Of a stretch of 64,000 bases of DNA, positions 10,722 through 24,270 are shown in pieces (position 1 is the first letter of the stretch; the number at the start of each line of letters is the position of its first letter). This DNA is from Octopus bimaculoides (Eukaryota): assembly GCF_001194135.2 (NCBI RefSeq), contig NC_068982.1, forward strand, positions 41,100,859 through 41,164,858, in the 5' to 3' direction. Both the position numbers and the translations under genes were made by a program. The notes below the pieces were generated by a model that saw only the letters and a list, made by a program, of their open reading frames with translations, did no database searches and was not told the origin of the DNA.

Positions 10722-13633
10722 ATGGATGTGTGAACTGTGATATTCAAATCATGAAATAAACTATTAATTATCAAGGACCTCATAGTGATTATCAATCTGC
10801 ATTTACAGATGTGTAATAAGAATCACTTCTGTTAATTCTTTAGTTACCACTGATTCTATCAAAGGCCTCTATATCATAAATTCTGTATTCTGGCTACTGC
10901 TGAGATACTTTTCCACTGACAAGGTTGTCATATTCTTATACAACTACTTATATAAAGCATTTTATTCTTAATACAGTGCTCTACGTAACTTCTAAGGCAT
11001 TTGTTGGCATTTCCAAATGGCCAGTTTAATCTGTGTAGATAGACCATTTGAGAGATGGGGTAACTTCTTAGTCTGAAATGAAAGGGTTGTATATTCAGCC
11101 TTTTTTTTTTCCACACAGCAGATCTAATCACATTATTTGCAGATTCACTTAAGTGAGAAAGCTCATAGCTGTTGTTCAAATGAAATATAATTATTTTATC
11201 CTATTTTTCATTCATTTTTTTTAACCATGTTCCAATAAAGGCTTCATGGTGTCCATTTTGTCTCATGATATAAAATTGCTTAATATTGATCATGTTTTCC
11301 ACTTTATTACATTCATTTTCGATATGATTGATCTTGTTAGTATATAAGAATTTGGCACTGGTTGACAAGACTAATTTGAAACAAATTAACAAACCATTCT
11401 GTAGAAGTTGATGAATATGTTTGTTTGTTGTTTTCATTATTTTTAGTGGGGAAACAGGGGGTTACAAAAGGAATAACAATGATTTTGAAAATATTTCCTA
11501 CTTGTTTTGTAAGAATATCTTAACATAAGAATATCATCATGCATATATATCTCTTAAAAACTGGTGTTGTATTTATATTGTACCATTTTGCTCTGTAACT
11601 TATTTGTTAAATAAATAGGGGTTGAGGAAACAAATACCTCTGTGAAACAGCTCCTCACCATCACTGTCAAAGTATATCCCAAAAATAGTTGCAGTAAACT
11701 AATTGTTTCTAATATAGACACAAAACCACCAATTTTTGAAGGTGGGGAGCTTAGTTTATTTCATCAGCCCCAAGTATTTGACTGGTACTTTACTTTATCA
11801 ATCTTTGAGGGATGAAAAGCAAATTTAACCAGAAGAACAAACAAGGCATTTTGTCCAATGCTCCACTGATTCTGCCAGCTTACCACTCTCAAGTTACAGT
11901 AAAATAATAAAATATTTAATAAAAAAAGTGCAGTTGTAAAATCTACTGAATATTTTGCACCCATGTATGTTCATATGAGATTACTAGCAGCCTAGATAGG
12001 TTCAAGCCCATCATAATCTCTCATGTTCATTGTAAAAACATAAATATTGTTTGCAATTTCAGATAACAATTGCTGAATATCTGACATAGAATATTTGTCA
12101 TGCTTACAGCATGGACTATTATAGTGTCTAATGACACAGTCCCTTTTGCTGGAAGAGAAATAATTTATTGGAGTTCTCTGAGAAATTATTAGGCTTCTAT
12201 CTCACTACTTAAATTGGTACAGTTCTTGTTACTGGATGAGAGAAGTGGTCCAGCAGGATGTTTACAGCAAGTTGAGCTGGTGCAAATGTAAGCCAGAGAA
12301 TAAAATTACACCCAGAGTGAAAGCATAACTGCTTACACATACTGAAAATTCTCTAGTTTATGCAATCTAGTGATTCTGTTCTCAGTGCTATCAGCATGTC
12401 ATGGAAAGATCTACAGAAAGAGTCTAAGAATCCTGGATATCATTTACTTGTTTCAGTCATTAGACTGTGACCATGTTGGGGCACTATTGAACATGAACAG
12501 TTCAATACTTTATACAGTGGGCCTGACTTTTTTTAATCAGATCCACATTTGTTAGTTTTGATTAGATGGTAAAATGTAAGCAGTCTGCTATTCTTGCTGA
12601 GAATGTTGGTTTTAATTTTTGACAGATCTCTTTTCTTGTATATCCATGTTTTCATCTTGTTAGAACCTATTTTTGACTTTTCAGTTTAAGATTAAGATGA
12701 AACCTAAATACTGAAAATAATCTCTTTTGCTCCAATTCTACTGTGTTAAATGATTTATTTAATGCTATTTCTGTATGTGGCTAATATCTTTGATAAATTA
12801 TAAAGATTACATACTCTTTTTCTATTTCCTATCAAACCAAGATCTTGTACCTAAGAAAGAAATCTATGAAATAATATCTGAGATCCACCTCAATTTTTGC
12901 CAAGTTTCATATCATCTTTTAACATAATAGGATGTAATTTAAGTGAGACTTGGCTACTATTTCTAGCAGGTTAGATGATTCAATACAAAGATTAGGGTAG
13001 TTTATGCTTTTTTTTTTTTTTTTTTTTTTCACTCTGAGTACATCACTCTTAATATACAGCTAATACAATAATGATTTATACAAGTTATATAAATGTGACT
13101 GTTATCTTCGTACTTTGGCTAATGAAGGTGAAATATCTATTATATCTGTATTAGTAATGACAATGTACTGGTGACATTTCAATTATAAAAGAAATTATAG
13201 TCCTGCACAATGATGAAGAAATCAATGTTGAAATTATTTCTTAACATACATTTACCTAAATTCAAGGACGTTGATTTGAAAGCCTATTAACAACACAGTC
13301 ATGGCTTTCCATGATATAAGCTTCTTTATGTTGAGAAGAAACAACTTTATTTAGATATAAATGCTTATCAGTAAATTTGAAAAGGAAAAAAATTAGGTTG
13401 GTTGGCTAAGTTGAAGTTCAAGATATTCTATTCTGGACAATCAAGTGAGAAATCAGTTATTGAAGTGCTTACAAGGGTGGCAGTTGAATGAATTGCTTAA
13501 TTCGTAATGAATTAATTAATAGTTAGAAAATTGATAGTCTATCAATAGATGTTTCGGTGTACATTAATTGCTATTGTATTTATCCATTGCTTTTTTGATG
13601 TTCACAGTTGTTTTCATTCATTACTCCCTTCAG

Positions 13634-13864
13634 GAATTTATTCCGTCGCAGCAAGGACACTACAAATATTGTTCCAGCCGAAAGTGAACCTGGCTGGAAA
13701 TTGTTTGGACGGATTCCTCCAAAAGAGTCAACACCTAAAAATCCGTGGCAAATTTCGGACGAGTACCATGCTAAACAGAAAGCCAGCCAAATGGTGGCGG
13801 CACGAGCCAGAAAGGACATTGAAGTAATGTCCACCACAGCATTAATCTTGGAAAACCGCCCTGG
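13634..13864 (+). CDS. TBC1D12/14: Internal coding exon of a TBC1D12/TBC1D14-family Rab GTPase-activating protein (region N-terminal to the TBC domain)
   Basis: Translates as (R)NLFRRSKDTTNIVPAESEPGWKLFGRIPPKESTPKNPWQISDEYHAKQKASQMVAARARKDIEVMSTTALILENRP(G). This matches the family motifs RNLF, PGWKLFG-x-x-P and STTALILEDRP that I recall from vertebrate TBC1D12/14. Acceptor ttactcccttcag ends at 13633 and donor gtaagt starts at 13865. The exon is phase 2 at both ends. Confidence 0.93.
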
Positions 13865-14716
13865 GTAAGTTTCTCTTCTTTTCATTTCGTATAATGTTAT
13901 ATTTATTGAAAGTTTACAAAATTTATGTGTAACACAATAATTGACTTTTCAAAAAAACACAAACTTTTTATGTAGTTTTCTATTATAATAGTTTATAAAA
14001 ATTATGAGTAATAGAATGATTGACTTTCATAAAAAATCTGTTTAGAATCGCACAAATTTTTTATGTGGTTATCTTTCATAATTAGTTAACTTTGGACAGT
14101 GGTGTTTAGTATAGATGGTAGTTAGTTGTTTAAAAATTAGTGTTTCTTATCTCTGAGTTTAAATCTCATTAAAAGCAGCTTTGCCGTTTATCTGTCCAGA
14201 ATTAATAAAATGAATATTAGCAATAAACTGATTCACATGTATCTCTGAAATCTAAAAAAAATCTTTTTCTCATTTAAAAAAAATTAAATATTATTGTTTG
14301 TTCACTTTATTCTTCATTAATCCAAAAGTTCTTTTCTTTCAATGTATAGTTTTTGCATTAATGTTCTTTTTTATTAAGCAAAGCTAATGTGGATGTTTTT
14401 ATATCCATATTTGTATATCGAAACCAAATTTACTTTCAGTTATAGAACTTCAGTATAATATCTGTTAATATCAATACAAAAAGAATGCTATTGTATTTTA
14501 CTGATTATTAATATTTGGATATTACTATGAGTTAAGCTGAAGAAACTATATAAAACTCCGTTAGAAAATAATTACCTGCCTTATTACAAAAATAGATAAA
14601 AAGAATGACGAAGTATTTTTGCATGGAATAACTTTTTCAAGTAGTCACAACCAAGATGGATTTCACTATGCTGCACCGGGAATTTCTCTCCCCCATTGTC
14701 TTTGATAGGTCCTTAA

Positions 14717-14933
14717 CCCTTTAGCATTCACATTATTCTGTCAAAAGTAATGCTTATTTATTTACATTTTTAATTAATCATGCATTATTTCACAGCTTTG
14801 AGAGTTTGATGATGTAACTGTTTATTTTTAGAATGACACTGTTGGGTAGGTGTGACCGGTCAGATCTGGCCAGTTCAAACATAGAACAAATAGAATATTT
14901 TTACTAGATATGGTTAGTTTAAATATTAAAGCG
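14717..14933. mobile_element. ~217-bp TTAA-flanked MITE, family 1 (piggyBac-like termini)
   Basis: ttaa|ccctttagcatt ... aatattaaagcg|ttaa. Related copies in the opposite orientation lie at 43241-43700, 60984-61203 and 61891-62104. Confidence 0.75.
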
Positions 14934-17030
14934 TTAATTTAATCTCTGCAAATAATTTCAATGTAAATGGGTGGTCTTTGTCTCATATTAGGATGCATAA
15001 GTTTCCTAAATATAAAATCTGGTATGGTCTGGTGTTAAAGAGTAAAGGATAAAGACCCCCTTCAGTCATGAATAACCATGTCCTAGAACAGACATAAACT
15101 TCCTGTTGAAAAAGAGTTCATAACTCCAACTAAAAAGATTTGTCTCCCCTTACACACACTTCCTGTTTTGACACCACATTTCTTGCTTAACACAAACTTT
15201 TAGCCCTTTTTTTAAACCTAACACAACTCTCAATTCTCATGCATCCTTATTTTTCCAACCATTATATACATGAATTACCATTGAACTTTAAAAGCTCAAA
15301 GACAACATAATGTATTGGTATATTTATTTTTTTATATATTATTTTCTTCATTTTGTACTTCTTTGTAAAAAANNNNNNNNNNNNNNNNNNNNNNNNNNNN
15401 NNNNNNNNNNNNNNNNNNNNNNNNNNNNNNNNNNNNNNNNNNNNNNNNNNNNNNNNNNNNNNNNNNNNNNNNNNNNNNNNNNNNNNNNNNNNNNNNNNNN
15501 NNNNNNNNNNNNNNNNNNNNNNNAAATATGCTTCCAGTTTAGCATTCTGCCTTATTATTATTTTTCATTTTCCTATTATTTCTCCACGTGTGGTTAACAC
15601 AACCCCACTATTTACTGACTTATATATATTTTTATATATATATGACGTTGGTATGTTTACATCCCCTTAACTTAGTGGTTCGGCAAAAGAGACTAATAGA
15701 ATAAGTACTAGGTTTGCAAATAATAAATCCTGGGGTCGATTAGTTTGGCTAAAGGTGGTACTCCAGCATGGCCACAGTCAAATGACTGAAACAAGTAAAA
15801 GAATATATATATATATATATATAAAACAAGCAAATAAGTAACAAGGATGTCAAGGTATTAATGCAATACGGCTGTTTCAGGCGGCTCCATTTAATCAAGC
15901 AATGCAAACATTACATCAATTTGAAATATACTGCCATCTTCAGTTGCAAAAAATACAGATTTTCAACAGACAGGATATTCTATTATAATTTTTAGCAAAT
16001 ATCTTGTCAGAGCTAGAGAATAAAAGAATTCCATACTGCTACTATTGCAGCAGAAATAAATTTAGAGAGGAAACAATACAATTTTGGAGTGGCAGAAGTG
16101 GATCACATTGGCGGGGATCATGAGATTGTAATTCATTTCCAATTTTTATTTATTTCTTTATTGTCATTAAGAGATCTAATGCAGCTAGTATACTGCGTTT
16201 ATTAAGAATTAAGACCACTAGGAGTTGACAGTTCAGATCTAGCTGCTGGTCATAAATTAAATATTGTTAGATATTCTCCCAAACCTTACACTCACCACAT
16301 ATTAGTTGAGTAAGTTTCTGCGGGTGCACAGAATCTTCAGGCAAGTTACAACTCTAACTTTATATATATAATATATATACATACATAGGTGAGTCTGAAA
16401 GAGTTCTGTCAGCAAATGCTACATTTAAAAAGCTTCAGATAATTCTTTCAATCCTGATAAAACTACTCAGTAATTTCATTTGCTTAGGAGGGACTTTCTA
16501 CATGTTCATTCACTTTGCTAGAAATAGACACTGAATTTCTTTCAAACCACACCTACTATCTTAAAAAAGGAGGACATGTGAAATAATGTAGTCTTAGTTA
16601 CCCCCCAAAAAGACAGCATGAACACAGCTGGATCGGGGTTAGCTTGGGTTAAACAATACCATCCACAACTTACTAATTTTTTTTCATTCATTCATTGACT
16701 AGAAGCCAATAAAATTTATTAAAGCCAAACAGTTCCTAATATCTGATAGAAATGTTCTATTTATTGATCAAGTGTAGTACTATAGTACACAAATACATAG
16801 CAAAAAGAAAACTAACAACATCTTCTCATAGGAAGGTATAAAATTTCTAATAGCATCAAATTGAACATTGTACACTGACATTATTTTATGACTTGATAAC
16901 ACCTAAATTTTTTTATTTTTCTCCTACAGTTATCTCAAGGACTTTTGTTTTTAATTCATCGCATCTACTAATTGAGGTTATTTTGTTCTTGTCTCTTCAT
17001 CTCTTACACAATCTCTATTTCACTCATCGC

Positions 17031-17063
<33 letters not shown>

Positions 17064-19010
17064 CTTCACACACACACACACACATGATTATAAATGCCAT
17101 TCTTTCATACCTCGTCTGAAAAGAATTATTACATAATTTTTCCGTATTCATAATAGATATTGGCTTTGAATTATATAACAAGTATATAAATAGCATAAAT
17201 TGCTAATATTAAAGCACATTTTGTCATTTACAAAACAACGTTAGTGTATTGATCTTACAGTTTAAACCAATGTAGGTCATGGACTGAACTCTTAATATGG
17301 CTAGCATGTAGCCTTCAAACATGAAGGCCCATTTGAAAATATTAATCGCAGTCAGCACATTGGCCATGGTGGGAGCAATACCTTGTGACCAGTTAATTCT
17401 TCAAAGATATAGCAAAAATATTAAGGAATTACAGCTGAAATTACAGGCTGTAATTCTTTCTTCAAACAGTAATATTAGCAGTAGTTATAGTTGATGTTTT
17501 TATGTTTGTTCAGTAATGTTTTAAAAGAATTAATCAAAATAATATTTTTTTTGTTAATACCCATTCCTTTTCATTAAGTTCCCATAAATAATTTTAGAAT
17601 GTAAATACAGAAAAATATTACTGCAAATAATTTTTTTCCTTCTGTTATTATTTTATTTATTTTATTTTTTTAATAATTATACCATAATTTCACCTCTTTC
17701 AGTCGCATTTCCTTTCAGTTTTCAAGCAAGGTGGACTTTGCTTGAAATTCTAACTTCCTTTGTACACCTCTGAGAGTAATTATTATGATGGCTAATAATT
17801 GCTTATGATTATGATAGCAGTAATTGAGTTTTTCAAGAAAAATGACTGTAAAAGCAACTAATATAATGAAGAAGACTCTATGTGCTCACTTGATTTTCTA
17901 GAAATAGCAGCTAAATCTGTGTCACACCTTGCTGTCTTAAAAATGGGAAGAAAGTACACATTAGATAGTGCAATATTAGATGTGTGGTAGCAATCATTCT
18001 TCGGATCAAACCAGATTGCAACTTCCAACAGAAGTGTTACCATCTCCCAGTGATGAGGCAGGATTTGAACTCAGAATGTTCAGAGCCTGAACAAATATCA
18101 CGAGGCACTCTGCTTGATGCTCTGACAATTCTACTAATCCCCCCACTCTTTACTGATTTTTTTTTTATATATATCAACCTTTAAAGAATAAATGGCAAAG
18201 TTGGGCTGATTTGAACTCACAGCATAGAGAATCAAAACAAATACCATAAAGTATTCTGATAAACACTTTAACAGTTGTGCCAATTATCCACTTAGTTCTA
18301 AATAAACTATACCTAAAACAAACATACTGGTCAATCAAGGCTAACCTAAGGCTACACAACATCACCAACAAAGATTAGAAGTTATAAAGAATCAATACAT
18401 GTATATCTATTATGCTTACCTGGCTGTCTGTCATAGAATGTATTCTCTTAACAATAGACAAACAAACACATATATCTTGATTTGTGTACATTGATGCCAA
18501 TGCTGATGCAGATCTCTTAATTAAGCAGGAAGCTTTAAAGTTTTGAAGAGTAAATTGAAATGTAAACATCCTAATCAGGTTTTGAAGCTAGGTCATGGAT
18601 TGTATTTGTCAACAAGTGTAGCACACTCTTACTATTAATTACGTAATTATAAAGGCGGTAAGCTGGCAGAATTGTTAGCACACCAGACAAAACGCTTAGT
18701 GGTACTTCTTCCATCTTTACGTTCTGAGTTCAGATGTCACTGAGGTCGACTTTGCCTTTCATGCTTTTGGGTTCAAGAATATAAGTACCAATTTAGCACT
18801 TGGGTTGATGTAATTGACAAGGCCCCTCTTCCAAAATTTCAGATCTTGTCCCTATAGTAGAAAGAATTAATCATGTAATTAAATCCAGAACTATTTTAGC
18901 AAGGTAATATCAGCCTGCAAGAAATTCACAATTCTGAATTTTTTTTTTTTATCCTTTCAATAATAGTGCCTTATAATTGTGAATTATTTTGATTAGTCAC
19001 TAAGACAGTT

Positions 19011-19407
19011 GTTTCAGTCATTGGATTGCAGCCATACTGCGGCACCACCTTGAGAGTTTTAGTCAAATAAATTGCCCCCAGTACTTATTCTTTTAAGCCT
19101 GGAACTTATTTTATTGGTTTCTTTTTTGCTGAACTGCTAAGTTATGGGAACCATTAACAAATCAACACTAGTTGTCAAGTGGTGGTCACACACACACACA
19201 TACATACATACAATGCACATATACACATACATATATGTAAATTCACAACAGGCTTCTTTCAGTTTCCGTCTACCAAATCCACTCACAAAGCTTTGGTCAG
19301 CTCAGCACTATAGTAGAAGACACTTACGCAACATGCCATGCAGTGGGACCAAACCCAGGACCAGTGGTTGGAAAGCAAACTTCTTACCACATAGCTACAC
19401 CTGTGCC
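19011..19407 (-). mobile_element. Family-A tRNA-derived SINE, full structure (head, microsatellite, A-type 3' module)
   Basis: Reverse complement of the structure at 31902-32368. Confidence 0.75.
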
Positions 19408-20577
19408 TAAGCTACTCCTGTACCTATTGCTAACTATTTTGATTAGTTACAAAGGCAGTTTTGTTGAAGATGTTCACTCACTTTTTTTATGTCATCCCAG
19501 GCTATTCTTCATTATCTTCAATATCTGCTTTCCCATTTTGGCATAGGTTAGGCAGGACTTTCTGAAGCTGTATTTTATGGTTGGATGCCCTTTAAAGCAT
19601 CAACCCTTTTAGCTGCTTCTTACAATTTGCAAGGAAACAGTGTATCTATTCTAAAAGCTATGATACATGTTAACTACAATGAAAGGTAAAAAATAACTTT
19701 ACTTCTTCTTTACTAACTTCATTTCAAACTTTTTAGGCTGAAGAATAAGTATCCCCACCACCACCACCACCACTAGCATAATTGCATAAAGGAGAAATTC
19801 CCGTTTCTAAATATCTCAAAATTTACTTTAGGGACTTGACTATATTCTGTAAGATCCTTGAGGAAGCAGAAGTTTATTTGAAGGAAAAAAAAAATAGAGA
19901 CAGATATGTGCACATTTAACCAACATATACATATGCAATGTCCAATAAATACACACACACATCATGCTCATCATGCTCACTCTAAAAGAGACACACACAC
20001 TCCCATGCTTGTAGACACATATGCGTACTCACTTCAAGAGACACTTATACAAGATCTGTCTTGCAGACACATACATAGACACACACAACAACAGTATATT
20101 TCAACACTAGAAATACATTTGTGTGTTAATTTGAAAGCCTCGTCTTCATTGCTATTTCCATTATTAGATATGCTTAATTCTATACAGTCATCATCACTAG
20201 CATAATCACCTAATCACCATGACAGTTCTATTGATGCTGTTGAGAACATCAAGTTACAATTCCTGTTTTATATTGTACCCACCCAGTTTTTGTATTCAAT
20301 AAAATTGCACCAATTATGATAATGGTACATAAGATTCAGATAACGGTACATGAGCATCAGATTTATAGAAAATTTTAAAATGTTGTCAATGGTCTTGGGA
20401 AAAGCATCAATGGAACAAATGGCTTTAGTTCCATTTGAGAGGTAAAACCAGACTACAGGCTTCATTCATCAATGACTTGGTGCCATTATGTAACAGCAAA
20501 GTGACTCAAAATTAATCAGTGTGTCATTTCTGGGTAGAAACTTCATAAGTGCATGATAGGTAGATTCCACAGATAAT

Positions 20578-20840
20578 CATCATCATTGTTTCATTGTTTC
20601 AATTTCTCTATGCTGCTATGGGTTTGTCAGGTTTTCAGTATGATGAATTACCATTTTCCTCTATTCTATAACATTTTGTCTGAGAAGCTACATATTCTCA
20701 TATCAGTCTGCGCCACTTCTTCCCATGCTTTCTTTGATCTGCTTCTGCTATAGATGCCATTAACTCTCAGTTCATTTCACTTTTTCACTCAGCAGGTTAT
20801 CATCTGTTCACATTATATGTTCATACCACTGCAGTCACAT
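20578..20840 (-). pseudogene. Decayed RTE-clade LINE 3' end
   Basis: The minus strand reads LQWYEHIM*...RSKKAWEEVAQTDMRI, matching the RTE C-terminal pattern LRWYGHV...RGRPKKTWEEVV..DM. It ends in a (GAT)n-type tail. Confidence 0.6.
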
Positions 20841-22009
20841 CTCTTGTACAGTAGATAAAATACATCATATATAAATAAAGGAGGTAATTCAAAAAATATA
20901 GAGAGAGAGAGAAATGTTACTAAAATATTAATTTCTGACACAAGCATAAAACTAGAAATTTGGTGGGAAAGAACATTAGATATATCAACCCTAATACTTA
21001 ACTGGTATTGTATTTTAACAGTCCCAGAGGGATGAAAGCAGTTGTAAATAAATCTTTGTTAATGATTGGCAGAGTTATTAAAACATCAGACAAAATACTT
21101 TGCGGCATTTATTCCAGTTTCTTGCATTCTGAGTTCAAATCCCACAGAGGTCAACTTTTGATTTTCTTCCCACAGGAGTCAATAAATAAAATGCCAGTCT
21201 AGGACTGAATAATGGACTTGCATAATCACTAGAGTATATAAGGATGTTTTGCAGTATTTGTTCCAGTTCTTTGCATTCCAAGTTCAAATTCTGTACTGAC
21301 CTAGTTGGATGGCAAACTTAATCTATCAGCTGGTTTAATATAACCTGATCCTTAGGTGCCTTTAGTAATGCCCCCATGGTTATATTTCTTAAGGATACTT
21401 TCCACCCTTCTACTCATAAACAAAAACCCTGAAAAATATCATGGTAATAGCCTTCTCTCTCACTAAGCAGTAAAAAAAACAAAGAAGGATAAATGAGCTA
21501 ACAACTTAGAATTATGAGTGATTATTGTAATTCTTCCAGTGGGGTTTATGACAATAGTTGACTTCATATATTCTGGGCTATAGCTCTTTCAGACTAACCA
21601 AAGCAAATCACCCAAATGTTATAAACACAAAGATATGAAAGAAAATTTGTGTTAAGGTAGACATATCAGTCTTATCTAAGAGGGGGGGGGGAATCATTAA
21701 ACTATGAAAAATCCAAAAATTAAAACTAGCAAAATGTGAGGAATAAGAGTATAAACTATAACTGATTATTCTTTTATCTCATTGTCCAAAGGAAGGAAGC
21801 AATACATATAGTCTTTGTAGGCCTTCCAGACTGGTGAGGTTGATATGATTGATATTAAATTTGAATTTCTGTAAGTTGGTGTTGCCTAACTCCAAATCAA
21901 TCCTGATAAGGCAGACCAATGATCAAAAGCATTCTATCCACAACTTCCTTGTCTTTTGTGGCAAATGTGGCTAAAACTACACTATCCAGTGTGTTTTTTC
22001 CTTATTTAA

Positions 22010-22231
22010 CCTTTTTGTTACCATATTTCTGTTGAGATGCTCTGTTTTTCTTTCAATTAATTTTAAATATAACAAAGAGTTTAGTAAAATCACTTAGTTA
22101 TTATTAAGCTAGTGTTAGGAACATGAATTGTGACTAAGGTTTGGTGGAAGATTTTAATTTAGAACTTTTGAAAACAAGACATTTGTACTATAGAGCCAGA
22201 GACGGTTTCAGGCGGGTTGGTATTAAAAGGG
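22010..22231. mobile_element. ~222-bp TTAA-type MITE, family 2
   Basis: ttaa|cctttttgttacc ... ggtattaaaaggg|ctaa. Related copies lie at 26218-26434 (inverted) and 44028-44244. Confidence 0.75.
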
Positions 22232-23152
22232 CTAAAATGGTAGGGTGTAATTTGAGAGAGAATTAGCTCCCTTGTTGGTTAAAATTTCTATAGGTTAATT
22301 CCTGTCACCAAGGTTTGGAGGTTGGGAGGGAAACCTAAAAGAGGCAGAATTGAGAAACGTTTTAGTATGGAAAGAAAACTTAGATATGTACATAGTCTAC
22401 CTGGTTCGGTGATAAAACATATAACATGAATTAAACAGGTAAAATCAAATAAGATTCACAATATTTCATACAAACTAAAATTAACACTACTAGACACAAC
22501 ATACTTTATGCATGACCCTTTCAGTAGTATTGCACAAACCCCACAGCACATATTCAATGAGAGTCGTTATTCACTTACAACATCAGATTTAGTAACACAA
22601 CAAATAACAAGGGAGTCATACTACCTGTTTAGCAGTAATCTAATTTGCAACAATAAAACCATGCCATAAGCACTAAGAAATACAGCTATCTGCTTGGTTT
22701 TGCTGTGAAAAGCTTGCCTTAAAAATAGCAACAACAAAAAATACAGTTTCATTATGTATGACCAAGGTTTGCAAAGAGGTTTAGTCAACTTCCAGTATTT
22801 ATTTTATCAACTCTGAAAGAATAGAAAGGAAATTTAAACTTGTCAGCATTTGAACTCAGAATTTAGAGATGTGTACTCTTCAGTCTTGCCAAAGATAATA
22901 CAACCTCTATACAACTCTGTAAGCTGGCTGGCATTAGGAAGTTCTTCCTTTTGTAGAAACCGTGTCAAAAATGGAATGTATGAGATATAATTCTCAGCTT
23001 GTCTAAAAGAGCAGTAACACCAAATAAGAACTTGACTTGAAATATAATGAACCCTCCCACTCCTGCCAGCTTGGAAAGTGAATGGAAATTGATGATGATG
23101 TAGCTAAATGACATATACCATTTACTATAGTATTGTACTGTTCCTGACTCTA

Positions 23153-23422
23153 CCATCATCAATTTAATGTTCACTTTTCTGTGCTTGCTTAGGTCAGTCA
23201 GATTGAATTCATTGAGGTAAATTTGCAAATTTTTCCTTCAGCCAAATACCTTTCTTGTCACCAATCTTCACTTGTTTCCAAGTAAGGTAATATTTTCCCA
23301 TGGACATGTTTTCATGGAAGTTTGGAAACTCAAGACACTACTTGGATAGTAGTGTTCATTTATAACTATCACAGCATGTCAAGACAAGAGAACACATACA
23401 TGCAAACCCATGCGCGAGCGCG

Positions 23423-23471
<49 letters not shown>

Positions 23472-23603
23472 CAGGCTTCTTTTGGTTTGGTCAACCTAGG
23501 ACTATAGTTGAAAAATCTTACCCAAGTACCATGCAGTGAGATTGAACTTGAAGCCATGTAGTAGGAAAATGTACTTCTTAAAGTGTACTTCTTAACCATA
23601 CAA
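23153..23603 (-). mobile_element. Composite SINE: family-A head, (TG)n, G module, RTE-type tail
   Basis: On the + strand: catcatc tail, G module (tcttcacttgtttccaagtaaggtaatatt...gtcaagacaagag), (CA)n, then acaggcttctttt...head. Confidence 0.7.
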
Positions 23604-23618
23604 CAACAATAATAATAA

Positions 23619-24270
23619 TCCTTTCTACTATAGGCACAAGACCTGAAATTTTGAGGGAGGAGCCTAGTCAGTTACATCGGCCCCAGTGTTGAACTGGTAC
23701 TTAATTTATCAACCCCCAAAAGGATCAAAATCAAATTCAACCTCGGAATTTGAACTCAGAACATAGCAAAGGGCGAAATATGGCTAAGCAATTTGCCTGG
23801 TGTGCTAATGATTCTGCCAGCTCAATAATAATAATAATAATAATCCTTTCTACTAAAGGCATAAGGCCTGAAATTTGGTGGGAGAAGACTAGTCAATTAC
23901 ACTGACGCCAGTGTTTCACTGGTACTTAATTTATTGACCCCAAAAGGATGAAAGGCAAAGTCAACTTCAGTGGAATTTGAACTCAGAACATAGTGGCAGG
24001 CAAAATACTGCTAATCATTTCGTCCATCATGCTAATAGTTCTGCCAGCATGCTGCCTTAATAATAATAATAATAATAATAATATTAATAATAATAATATA
24101 ATAACAGTAGTAGTAGTAGTAGTAGTGATCAGTGATGACAACAAAGATTTCTAACATAGGCACAAGGCCACCAATTTTGGGAGAAGGATTCTTTACTTTA
24201 TCAACACTCCTACACCCATCTTGATGGATGAAAGGCAAAGTTGACCTTGGTATAGGATTTGAACATAAAA
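23619..24270 (-). mobile_element. Tandem array of three family-B SINEs (tail type B1) separated by (TAA)n
   Basis: Copies at about 23619-23823, 23844-24058 and 24148-24270, each starting on + with tcctttctacta..ggc(a)caagg and separated by aat runs. Confidence 0.8.

Noticed and set aside
13580-13885. Antisense and alternate-frame ORFs overlapping the 13634 exon
   Set aside because: These are shadow ORFs of a real exon and have no recognisable homology.
15310-15670. ORFs spanning N runs (also 35.7-36.3, 37.2-37.7, 51.9-52.3 and 53.3-53.8 kb)
   Set aside because: They are open only because N codons cannot be stops.
16271-16309. Possible 39-nt symmetric phase-2 cassette exon (YSPKPYTHHILV) with a gtaagt donor
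   Set aside because: The acceptor lacks a pyrimidine tract, and the insert would split ENRPG|HLPSK, which is contiguous in homologues. A chance match is likely in a 36-kb intron.
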